A stretch of 61,526 nucleotides of DNA, counting the filler, from Coriobacteriales bacterium (GTDB lineage Bacteria; Actinomycetota; Coriobacteriia; Coriobacteriales; UBA8131), in assembly GCA_031263105.1 (NCBI GenBank). It is 4 parts of 4 records of this genome, joined end to end, with 100 filler letters (N's around TTAATTAATTAA, not from the genome) between each part and the next. Parts side by side here need not be neighbours in the genome. Positions count along the whole stretch, not along the records: positions 17,262 to 39,323 come from JAISGJ010000113.1; 3 more parts are not named here. One strand, written 5' to 3'. The translations under genes were made by a program, and so were the position numbers. The notes under the pieces were generated by a model, which was given only the letters and a program-made list of their open reading frames with translations, was not told the origin of the DNA and did not search any database. Shown in pieces: positions 28,237 to 36,348 of this stretch (the stretch's first letter is position 1; each line of letters opens with the position of its first letter).

Positions 28237-29655
28237 CTATGATAACCGCTCGAGGTCGTCGAAGAAACGGGGATAGCTGACGCCGACGCTTGCGATGTCC
28301 TGAATGTCGAGGTCAAGGCCGAAGACCCGCTCGGCAATGGAGAAGGTCATCGCCAAGCGGTGGTCGCCATGGGTCTGGAGCCGTCGCTCCCTCGGGGGGC
28401 GCCGGCCGGAGGTGACGTGCAGGTCGTCGCCCTCGATGGTCGCGTTGCAGCCCAGCGCGACAAGCCCCTCGACGATGGCGGCCAGACGGTCGGACTCCTT
28501 CACACGCAGCTCCCCCACCTGCCGAAAAACCGTCGTGCCCTCAGCCGCCGTTGCAAGCAGTGCCAGAATCGGCACCTCGTCGATAAGGCCGGGCACCTCG
28601 TGTGCCTCGACCGTGGTCGCCACAAGGCCCTTCCGATACCGCAGGGTCACATCCCCCACCTGCTCAGAGCCCAGCGCGGCCTCCCCGTCCACATCCAAGG
28701 AGACATCCGCACCCATGCGCCGCATGACCTCGAGGAAGCCTATGCGCGTGGGGTTGAGGAGGACGCCGCGCACGGTCACCTCGCTGTGGGGAACGAGCGC
28801 AGCCGCCACGAGCAGGAAGGCCGCTGAGGACGGGTCGCCGGGCACCGCACAGTCGTGCGCATGGAGGGCCTGTCCGCCGGTGACGCTCACCGTCAGCCCC
28901 TCGGTCGAGACCCGTGCCCCGTAGGCAGGCAGCAGCAGCTCGGTATGGTTGCGGCTCCGGTAAGGCTCGGTGACGCACGTCGTGCCCCGAGCGTTGAGGC
29001 CTGCGAGCAAAACGGCGCTCTTGACCTGCGCGGACGCGACGGGACTCTCGTAGTCTATCGCCTTGAGCGACGCGCTGCCGCAGACGACGAGCGGCAGCGT
29101 GTCGGGGGGCGGTACGACGTCGCCTGCATCGGGGGCGGCGGGGGCGGCGGAGCCGTCCGAGACAAGGGCGAGCGTATCCGCAGGCAAGAAGCGGGCACCC
29201 ATCTTCGAGAGCGGCAGGGTGACCCTGCTCATCGGACGTGTGGAGAGGGACGGGTCGCCTTCGAGGCGGACGGCGACCCCAAAACCGCTCAGGGCACCGA
29301 GCAACAGGCGGGCCGTCGTGCCCGAATTGCCACATTGCAAGGTTTGCGCTGCCGCAGGCGACGCGGTCGCAGGCAGGCCCGACCCTCCCGCCGCACGCGG
29401 CACCGCCCCGCCCGGCCCCCTCGCCCCCCAGCCGGTGATGGAGCCGGACAGCCCGTCCTCGTCCCCCTGCAAGGCAAGGCGCGCGCCCAAGGCCTCGACG
29501 GCGCCGAGGGTCGAGCGCACGTCGAAGGAGTCGAGCAGGCCGGACACCTGCGACGTGCCCTCCGCCAGCGCAGAGAACAGCGCGATGCGGTGCGAGAGCG
29601 ACTTGTCGGACGGCACGCGGATGCTTCCTCTGAGGGGCGGCACGGCCATTCCCAT
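28237..29655 (-). CDS. aroA: EPSP synthase
   Basis: PSDKSLSHR, CGNSGTTAR, ASAQVKSA, ELRVKESDR, DHRLAM, VSYP. Confidence 0.97.
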   Translation of the reverse strand: MGMAVPPLRGSIRVPSDKSLSHRIALFSALAEGTSQVSGLLDSFDVRSTLGAVEALGARLALQGDEDGLSGSITGWGARGPGGAVPRAAGGSGLPATASPAAAQTLQCGNSGTTARLLLGALSGFGVAVRLEGDPSLSTRPMSRVTLPLSKMGARFLPADTLALVSDGSAAPAAPDAGDVVPPPDTLPLVVCGSASLKAIDYESPVASAQVKSAVLLAGLNARGTTCVTEPYRSRNHTELLLPAYGARVSTEGLTVSVTGGQALHAHDCAVPGDPSSAAFLLVAAALVPHSEVTVRGVLLNPTRIGFLEVMRRMGADVSLDVDGEAALGSEQVGDVTLRYRKGLVATTVEAHEVPGLIDEVPILALLATAAEGTTVFRQVGELRVKESDRLAAIVEGLVALGCNATIEGDDLHVTSGRRPPRERRLQTHGDHRLAMTFSIAERVFGLDLDIQDIASVGVSYPRFFDDLERLS

Positions 29656-29664
29656 CCCTGAGCC

Positions 29665-30900
29665 CTACTCCTGATGGCCGAGCGGGCGGAAGGACACGTC
29701 GAAGCCGCCGTCGATGAGCATGCCCATGAAGCGCCCCATGTCGCCCTCGTCGGTGAGGATCAGCTCGAGGATGGCGGTCGCCTCGTTGATGTGGTCGATG
29801 TCGATGGACTGGATGTTGCAGGCCGCCTTGCCGGCAAAGCCGGTGACCTGGGCGATGACGCCCGAGCGGTTGGCCATAGGGATGCGCACTTCCACCAGCC
29901 GCGACGAGTCGGGCACCCAGGCAGGGGGGATGGCGGCGCGCTGACGGGCGGCGTTGTCGAGGATGCCGCGCAGCGCACGTGCGTCGCCCGCCTCAAGGGA
30001 GGACTCGATCTGCGAGATGACCTGCCGTATCTCGCCAAGGCCCCGCACGAGCGCCTCGCGGTTGTCGAGCGCTATGCCGCACCAGAGCTCGGGGGAGCCT
30101 GCGGCGATGCGGGTCGTGTCCTTGAAGCCGCCGGCCGCAAGCCGGAATATCTCCTGTTTGTCGCGGGCGTGGGAGGCCGCAAGCTGCACCAGGGCGCTTG
30201 CGACCATATGCGGCACATGGCTCACGACGGCGATCACCTCGTCGTGCTCCTCGCGCGGCAAGGTGATGCTGCGTGCGCCCAAGGTGGTCACGAACTCGTG
30301 CAGGCGCGTGAACACCTGCGCATCGGAGCGCTCGTCGGGGCACAGGATCCAATGCGCGTTCTCGAACAGCGTCGCGCGTGCGCCCTCGATGCCGTTGACC
30401 TCGCTGCCTGCCATGGGGTGCCCGGGAACATAGCGCGCCGGCCGGGAGAGGATGCGAGAGGCGAGGGCGGCAAGCACGCCCTTGGTGGATGCGACGTCGG
30501 TGATTGCACCCTGATAGCCGCTTGCCTCGATGCGCTCGAACCACTTCCCGACGCCCGACACCGGGACGGCGAGGATGACGAGTCCCGTCTCCTCGTCGCT
30601 CAGCCAGGACGCAAGCCGCCCCTCGTCGGCAAGGACGGCACCCTCGTCGATAAAGCCCTTGGCGAGCGCTCCCTCGATGGCGCTGCGGTCGATGTCGATG
30701 CCGCGCACCACGGGGGAGGCCTCCCTCAGCTCCTTGAGCGCAGCGGCTATCGAGCCCCCGATAAGCCCCACCCCGATGATGAGGACGGAGGAAAATGGCA
30801 TGCCAGTGCGCGCCGTGCCTTCCGCACGGGCCGCGCCCTCCGTGCGTGGCGTGTCATCCGCGCACACCGTGCCCTCCGAAGGCAAGTCCCTGGCCGTCAT
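29665..30900 (-). CDS. tyrA: Prephenate dehydrogenase with C-terminal ACT domain
   Basis: IGVGLIGGS, TDVASTK, GHPMAGSE, HD...A.VSHVPH, GGFKDTTRIA. Confidence 0.93.
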   Translation of the reverse strand: MTARDLPSEGTVCADDTPRTEGAARAEGTARTGMPFSSVLIIGVGLIGGSIAAALKELREASPVVRGIDIDRSAIEGALAKGFIDEGAVLADEGRLASWLSDEETGLVILAVPVSGVGKWFERIEASGYQGAITDVASTKGVLAALASRILSRPARYVPGHPMAGSEVNGIEGARATLFENAHWILCPDERSDAQVFTRLHEFVTTLGARSITLPREEHDEVIAVVSHVPHMVASALVQLAASHARDKQEIFRLAAGGFKDTTRIAAGSPELWCGIALDNREALVRGLGEIRQVISQIESSLEAGDARALRGILDNAARQRAAIPPAWVPDSSRLVEVRIPMANRSGVIAQVTGFAGKAACNIQSIDIDHINEATAILELILTDEGDMGRFMGMLIDGGFDVSFRPLGHQE

Positions 30901-31985
30901 ATGCCGAACAGCTCCTGGAAGGCAGCAATCGTTGTGCCGACCCCCTCATCGTCCCCGATGCCGACACGCAGGCCCCCGTCCTTGGGGAAGGGGCGCACGA
31001 TGACACCTTTTTTCAACAGCTCGTCAAAGGTCGTTGCGGCATCTGGCACCTCGACCCAAACGAAGTTCGCCTGGCTCGGCACATAGTGCAGTCCCAGACG
31101 CTCGAAACAGGCCTGGAGCCGCTGCCTGCCCTTCACGTTGAGCGCGTGGCGGCGTCCGAGCTCGCCTGTGTCCTCAAGGCTGGCAAGGCCTGCCACCTGC
31201 GCAAGCGTATTGACGTTGAACGGCTCGCGCACCTTGTTCAGCATCTCGACCAGTATCGGAGGGGCAAAGCCATAGCCGCAGCGCAGCCCTGCAAGGGCGT
31301 ATATCTTGGAGAAGGTGCGCAGGACCACGTAGGGGCGCTGCCCGTCGAAATGCGTCAACGGCCGCGCCGCCCGCCCGTCGTCGATGAACTCCTCATAGGC
31401 CGCATCAACCACAACGAGCACGTGGGGCGGGATCTTCGCAAGGAAGCCCTCCAGCGCATCCGCGCCCACCGCCCCACCTGTGGGGTTGTTCGGCGTGCAC
31501 ACGACGAGCATCTTCGTGCGCCCGTCGACGGCGTCCAGCAGGGCGTCGAGGTCGGCGGCACCGTCCGCCGCAAGGGGCACCTCGCGGTACTCGGCGCCCG
31601 CGAGCTGCGCAGAGGAACGGTAGACGATGAAGGACGGCCAGCCATAGACGACGTTGCTGCCGGGCTTGAGGCAGGTCTGCGCGACAAGATTGATGAGCTC
31701 GTTGGAACCGTTGCCGACGACGATCTGCTCGGACGGGATGCCGTAGTGCCAGGAGATCTGCTGAGTGAGGTGATGAGAGGACCCATCCGGATACTCGTTG
31801 AGTTCCAACAGGTGCCCCTGCATCGCCGCAAGCGCCGCTGGAAAGGGAGGCAGTGGGCTCTCGTTCGATGAGAGCTTATGGATGGTGTCGACCAAGGCGA
31901 TCTCCCGTATCTGCTCCTCACGCAGACCGGGCTGATAGGCCTGTATCGGTTCGAGTTCCTCTCGGAAGAACCGTGACCAGTTCAT
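30897..31985 (-). CDS. hisC: Histidinol-phosphate aminotransferase
   Basis: KLSSNESP, GNGSNELI, PNNPTG, DAAYEEF, RTFSKIYALAGLRCGY. Confidence 0.93.
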   Translation of the reverse strand: MNWSRFFREELEPIQAYQPGLREEQIREIALVDTIHKLSSNESPLPPFPAALAAMQGHLLELNEYPDGSSHHLTQQISWHYGIPSEQIVVGNGSNELINLVAQTCLKPGSNVVYGWPSFIVYRSSAQLAGAEYREVPLAADGAADLDALLDAVDGRTKMLVVCTPNNPTGGAVGADALEGFLAKIPPHVLVVVDAAYEEFIDDGRAARPLTHFDGQRPYVVLRTFSKIYALAGLRCGYGFAPPILVEMLNKVREPFNVNTLAQVAGLASLEDTGELGRRHALNVKGRQRLQACFERLGLHYVPSQANFVWVEVPDAATTFDELLKKGVIVRPFPKDGGLRVGIGDDEGVGTTIAAFQELFGI

Positions 31986-32061
31986 GCGGACATCCTTTCT
32001 AACAACGCAGGGCGAGGCGGGCGGGGCGATAAGGGCGACAGGGCGGGCGGCGGAGCGCCGC

Positions 32062-32547
32062 TCATGCCGTGCCGCTGCTGCCAAAGCCCTTCTCGCTGCG
32101 CTCGGTCCCTTCAAGAACCGCGACCTCCTGAAGCACCACCGGCGGCACCGGCAGTATGACGAGCTGGGCGATACGGTCGCCCTTCCGTATGTCTATAGGC
32201 GTCGTCGCATCGAGATTGACAGCGATGACGACAAGCTCGCCACGATACTGGCTGTCGATGAGGCCGGGGGCATTGACCAGCGAAAGCCCTTGGCGTGCCG
32301 CTGCGCCGCTGCGCGGCTGCACGAAGCCCGCATAGCCCTCGGGGATGGCAAGCCTGATGCCCGTCGGGATGCAACCGCGCTCCTGCGGCTTGAGGACACA
32401 GTCCGCCGCCGCGCGCAAATCGAGCCCGGCATCGCCCGGATAGGCATACGCAGGAAGAGGGAGCGAGGGATCGAGCCGCGTTATCCGAACGGTCACGGTG
32501 CCAGACTGCGACAGAGGCCGAATGACTGCGGTATCAGGCTGCAACAT
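32062..32547 (-). CDS. dut: dUTP diphosphatase
   Basis: GDAGLDL, PRSG, GLIDSQYRGE, GDRIAQL, RSEKGFGSSG. Confidence 0.97.
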   Translation of the reverse strand: MLQPDTAVIRPLSQSGTVTVRITRLDPSLPLPAYAYPGDAGLDLRAAADCVLKPQERGCIPTGIRLAIPEGYAGFVQPRSGAAARQGLSLVNAPGLIDSQYRGELVVIAVNLDATTPIDIRKGDRIAQLVILPVPPVVLQEVAVLEGTERSEKGFGSSGTA

Positions 32548-32555
32548 CGTAAGTC

Positions 32556-33002
32556 CTAACCCATGCCTTTCAGCGCCGCTTGGAACTCGTCGATGTCCCT
32601 GAAGTCCTTGTAGACCGAGGCGAAGCGGATGTAGGCGACATCGTCCATGGCACGCAGCCGCTCAAGTACCATGTCGCCCAGGACCTTGGAGTGCACCTCG
32701 CTTTTGAGCGTGTTGCGAATCTCGGCCTCGACATCGTCGATAAGGGCCTCCAGCCTGCCCAAGGGGACATCGCGCTTGGCGGTCGCTATAAGCAGGCCGC
32801 GCAACAGCTTCTCGCGGTCGAAGGGCTCGCAGCTGCGGTCGTTCTTTATAACGATGAGGGGCGACTCGTTATGGCGCTCATACGTGGTGAACCGCATGCC
32901 GCACTCCAGGCACTCACGTCGCCTGCGAACAGAGAGCCCGTCCTCCGAAGGACGTGAGTCTATCACCTTCGACTCAGGGTGACCACATGAGACACAACGC
33001 AT
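32556..33002 (-). CDS. nrdR: Transcriptional repressor NrdR
   Basis: MRCVSCG...SKVIDSR, RRRRECLEC..RFTTYE, ATP cone, VAYIRFASVY. Confidence 0.98.
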   Translation of the reverse strand: MRCVSCGHPESKVIDSRPSEDGLSVRRRRECLECGMRFTTYERHNESPLIVIKNDRSCEPFDREKLLRGLLIATAKRDVPLGRLEALIDDVEAEIRNTLKSEVHSKVLGDMVLERLRAMDDVAYIRFASVYKDFRDIDEFQAALKGMG

Positions 33003-33030
33003 AAAAACCTACATTCCTGAAGCCTCCACG

Positions 33031-33051
33031 GAATCCCTATTATACGCCATC
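33031..33051. repeat. 21-bp direct repeat, copy 1 (contains minus-strand TATAAT upstream of nrdR)
   Basis: GAATCCCTATTATACGCCATC; 19/21 identical to 35566-35586. Confidence 0.75.
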
Positions 33052-33105
33052 ATGTGCATTCAATTCTTCCGCACCACAACTGACTGAGCTTTTACCATTT
33101 AAGGC

Positions 33106-33289
33106 GTTACAGTTCACACCCCCACTGTCATTCCGAGCCCCGCCGAGGAATCCTTGGACACGCAGCGTCCAACGGCAGACCAGGGGGCCCTCCGGCCTGC
33201 GGTCGACCGCTTGCGCGGTCGAGGATCCCTCGGCAGGCTCGGGATGACAGTGGGGCTCGGGTAGATGACAGTGGGGTGTGAACAGTAAC
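33106..33289. mobile_element. MITE-like palindromic element
   Basis: GTTAC/GTAAC terminal repeats; flanks TTTAAGGC and TTTAAGGT. Confidence 0.88.
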
Positions 33290-33392
33290 TTTAAGGTTCC
33301 TGCAGGTCAGAGACGGTTCCTCGGTCAGGTTTTGTTGGATCTGCGCACCGCTACGCGGCGGCCTCTTGCCATAACTGACGACGACAGAGGTC

Positions 33393-34418
33393 TCAGTCAG
33401 GCACCTGCCTGTCTAAAAACAGGCTTTTTGACGGCTTCCAATCGTTTGCAAACTCATCAGCTTTTTCAAGCCAACGTGAGATCCTTTTATCCGGCGGCAC
33501 ACTCTCACCCCAATACTCAACAAAGAGAGTGTCATCCATTCGCAAAGCTGCTCCCCGCATTTCGCGTTCTATCAATTTCAATGCGCGTTCAATATAGTTG
33601 CCGCCCTCGTTGTCATTATGGGGATTGGCAACGCTTCCGGCTGAAAACAAGTCCCGCACTTGATGGCATACAACGCCATAATAGGTCAAAAGGTAAAGCA
33701 CTATATCATCGTATTTGCCCCGCGCTCGGCCCGACTTTACGATTTTGGGACAAAGCAAGGCTGCTTCTGCCCGAAGCCTGATTCTTTCGTCTGCTGTCAG
33801 GTTCGTGTACAGCCTCGCCTGTATGGGAACAGTATGCTCGTCCTCTTCTTTTTCTTCGATCCACCACAAGCGGCCATCTGGGTGGATTTTTCGTGCATGT
33901 GCGCGTATGTGGCGCATCTTTTCCTGCATATCAAGTTTACGGAAATCATCATAACGAATGCCCATTTCCGTAAAAAGAGACTGTTTGGCCTCCGCCTTTT
34001 CAGAGGGGAGCTCAACCTCAAAGCGGGGGACGTGAGAGGTGCGAACATGGATAACGCTCTGCTCATAATCGCCCCACCTGACTTCTGGGGTACCGCCCAT
34101 CTTCCCAAAAATGATATAGACATGCTTGACGGCTTCTGTTCTCTGCGTCTCCAAAACACTGTTTGCCACGCTCCGCCAAGTGTCGTTCAAAGTGAATTTC
34201 ACTTCAACACCGTACTCGCCCATCGCAATATCAGGGAATACCTGCGGATGCGGAGCGAAGTCTATGGTGAACGATCTGTCGTCTTGTGTCAGAGAGTCCA
34301 AAGCTTCTCGAACGCGGTTTTCAAATTGCGATGATGCCGTAAAGCCGACAGCACGGGCCTCTTTTGTTAGAATATCGCAACACGTGTCAAGTATCGTCTC
34401 AAACTCTTTCCGTGTCAT
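33393..34418 (-). CDS. Putative type II restriction endonuclease (PD-(D/E)XK)
   Basis: FPDI...GVEVK catalytic pattern; ATG overlaps the C5-methyltransferase stop; low GC. Confidence 0.78.
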   Translation of the reverse strand: MTRKEFETILDTCCDILTKEARAVGFTASSQFENRVREALDSLTQDDRSFTIDFAPHPQVFPDIAMGEYGVEVKFTLNDTWRSVANSVLETQRTEAVKHVYIIFGKMGGTPEVRWGDYEQSVIHVRTSHVPRFEVELPSEKAEAKQSLFTEMGIRYDDFRKLDMQEKMRHIRAHARKIHPDGRLWWIEEKEEDEHTVPIQARLYTNLTADERIRLRAEAALLCPKIVKSGRARGKYDDIVLYLLTYYGVVCHQVRDLFSAGSVANPHNDNEGGNYIERALKLIEREMRGAALRMDDTLFVEYWGESVPPDKRISRWLEKADEFANDWKPSKSLFLDRQVPD

Positions 34419-35506
34419 GTAGCGGCACTTCTCTCTATGGCAGATTCAACCGCTTTCGCTACATGCCAAGCCAAAACAGGCGGAACGGCATTCCCTATCT
34501 GCCGCTCTGTCTCACGTAGGCCTGACGGAAACCGGAAGCTGTCGGGGAACGATTGGATGCGCGCCGCCTCGCGCATTGAGATACGTCGTGGCAAGGAGTA
34601 ATGGAACTGGATATTGCCATGACATTCGGCCCTGATCGTATACCCCGGCCTATCGGCTGCCAAGCGACGGTTTCCTTGTTCCCCGCTCGCGTTTGCCATA
34701 CTCCAAATATGTGAAAAATCCCTGTCGGCCTCCATCGGCTCAAGGTCGCCAATAGCCTGTTGGGCGGTTATTGGCTCGACATGGGTTCTCGTCGGCGGCA
34801 CAAACTCAGATATGTCGCTCCTTGTTCCCACAAAGAAAACCCTTTCGCGAGTTTGCGGCACACCGTAATCCGCAGCAAGATATGGCTGAAAGTGAATCGC
34901 ATAGCCCAAGCCGTTAAAGTCCTCTAAAATCTTATCCAACGATTCCTTGTTTTGCTTTAAGAGCAAACCGCCCACGTTCTCAGCCACAAAGACTTTGGGC
35001 TGAATGCGGTGCACCGCCTCCACAATCGCAGTGTAAAGGCTGCTGCGCCTGCCCTTTAAGCCAAGCATCTTCCCATTGATTGAAACGTCCTGACAAGGAA
35101 ACCCACCGATCACCACATCGGCAGACTCTGGCAAGGTGTCCATTACGTTGTTGACATCACCTTCGATGATGTGTCTCCCGATGTTGATCCTATACGTCTC
35201 ACAAGCGGAACGGTTGATCTCGTTTGCCCAAACAATATCAAAACAGGTTTTCTCGTAGCGTTCCCCCATAAAATCGAAATCTCCGAGAAAACCTAAATCC
35301 ATCCCGCCGCACCCGGAGAACAAAGAGACCACGGTAAGGGGGTTTTTGATATCTCGCTTTTTAACCGGGTAAGCCTCATCGCTGTCAATGACCCAATTGC
35401 GGCCTATCTTACGAGCCGTTTCGAACATCTGGCGTTCTGCCATACGACGAAGCGTAGCACCGCTTCTCTTGTGAATTTTCGCGTATTCCGGCAAAGCAAT
35501 GAGCAT
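34415..35506 (-). CDS. dcm: DNA (cytosine-5) methyltransferase with N-terminal HTH
   Basis: SLFSGCGG, GGFPCQ, ENV, QTRERVF, REAARIQSFP, QIGNAVP; N-terminal ARKIGRNWVI excisionase-like HTH. Confidence 0.95.
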   Translation of the reverse strand: MLIALPEYAKIHKRSGATLRRMAERQMFETARKIGRNWVIDSDEAYPVKKRDIKNPLTVVSLFSGCGGMDLGFLGDFDFMGERYEKTCFDIVWANEINRSACETYRINIGRHIIEGDVNNVMDTLPESADVVIGGFPCQDVSINGKMLGLKGRRSSLYTAIVEAVHRIQPKVFVAENVGGLLLKQNKESLDKILEDFNGLGYAIHFQPYLAADYGVPQTRERVFFVGTRSDISEFVPPTRTHVEPITAQQAIGDLEPMEADRDFSHIWSMANASGEQGNRRLAADRPGYTIRAECHGNIQFHYSLPRRISMREAARIQSFPDSFRFPSGLRETERQIGNAVPPVLAWHVAKAVESAIERSAAT

Positions 35507-35565
35507 TCGAGTTCACCTTTTCAACTGCGATAAGAGCAATCGCATTGTACACGATAACGTGTGCA

Positions 35566-35586
35566 GAACCCTTATTATACGCCATC
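35566..35586. repeat. 21-bp direct repeat, copy 2 (contains minus-strand TATAAT upstream of the methyltransferase)
   Basis: GAACCCTTATTATACGCCATC. Confidence 0.75.
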
Positions 35587-35603
35587 CCCTGCGCAGAGGG
35601 ACG

Positions 35604-35738
35604 CTATAAGACGTTCGGTAGGACGACCAGCACAACCGCTACCACACATGCCAAGACGACCGACAGCACCTTCTGCCCCAAGGTCAGTCCCCGCAGACCT
35701 ATGCCCTCACAACTGCCGCACCTCAGATACTCTCCCAT
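35604..35738 (-). CDS. 44-aa single-TM small protein, probably LexA-regulated (not in ORF track)
   Basis: GGAGGAG RBS; MGEYLRCGSCEGIGLRGLTLGQKVLSVVLACVVAVVLVVLPNVL; promoter with two SOS boxes upstream. Confidence 0.7.
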   Translation of the reverse strand: MGEYLRCGSCEGIGLRGLTLGQKVLSVVLACVVAVVLVVLPNVL

Positions 35739-35773
35739 GTCTCCTCCATCCCGAGGCGCTCTCGCCTCTTTAT

Positions 35774-35822
35774 CGAACATATGTTTGCATCCACTATACT
35801 ACGAACACCTGTTCGAGTGCAA
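35774..35822 (-). promoter_or_regulatory. SigA-type promoter with two Gram-positive LexA (SOS) boxes
   Basis: CGAACACCTGTTCG (35802-35815) and CGAACATATGTTTG (35774-35787); TTGCAC-18 nt-TATAGT on the minus strand. Confidence 0.85.
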
Positions 35823-35867
35823 GGACTTTTTTGCACACGTTGCACGTTGCGGAGAGCCTGTGGCATG

Positions 35868-36085
35868 GTTACACGTCACACCCCCACTGTCATTCCGAGC
35901 TTCGCCGAGGAATCTTTGGACACGCAGTGTCCAACGGCAGGTCGGGGGGCCCTTCGGCCTGCGGTCGACCGCTGGCGCGGCCGAGGATCCCTCGGCAGGC
36001 TCGGGATGACAGTGGGGGCCGGGATGACAGTGGGGGCCGGGATGACAGTGGGGGCCGGGATGACAGTGGGGGTGTGACGTGTGAC
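35868..36085. mobile_element. MITE-like palindromic element with 4 tandem 19-bp terminal units
   Basis: GTTACACGTCAC...GTGACGTGTGAC; perfect 8-bp flanking repeat GTGGCATG. Confidence 0.9.
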
Positions 36086-36348
36086 GTGGCATGACAAATC
36101 ACAAAGAGATGACGAGGCGGAGGTGCTCGAGAGCCTGCACTTCAGCTTGTGTGTCAGATGGCGCGCAATGAATTCAGGCACTGTAAAGCAAGACCTTGTA
36201 CGTATCCTGCGGTCAGATTGCCCCAGCTCTGCGTTGGGAACAGGCGGCATTGCCACAAGTAGGGCCGCCCGTTCCCGCCTTGACCCGGGGCAATCTGCTC
36301 CACAGGCTATCGTACAATTTATTACTTTACAGTTCCTAACCACTTCCT

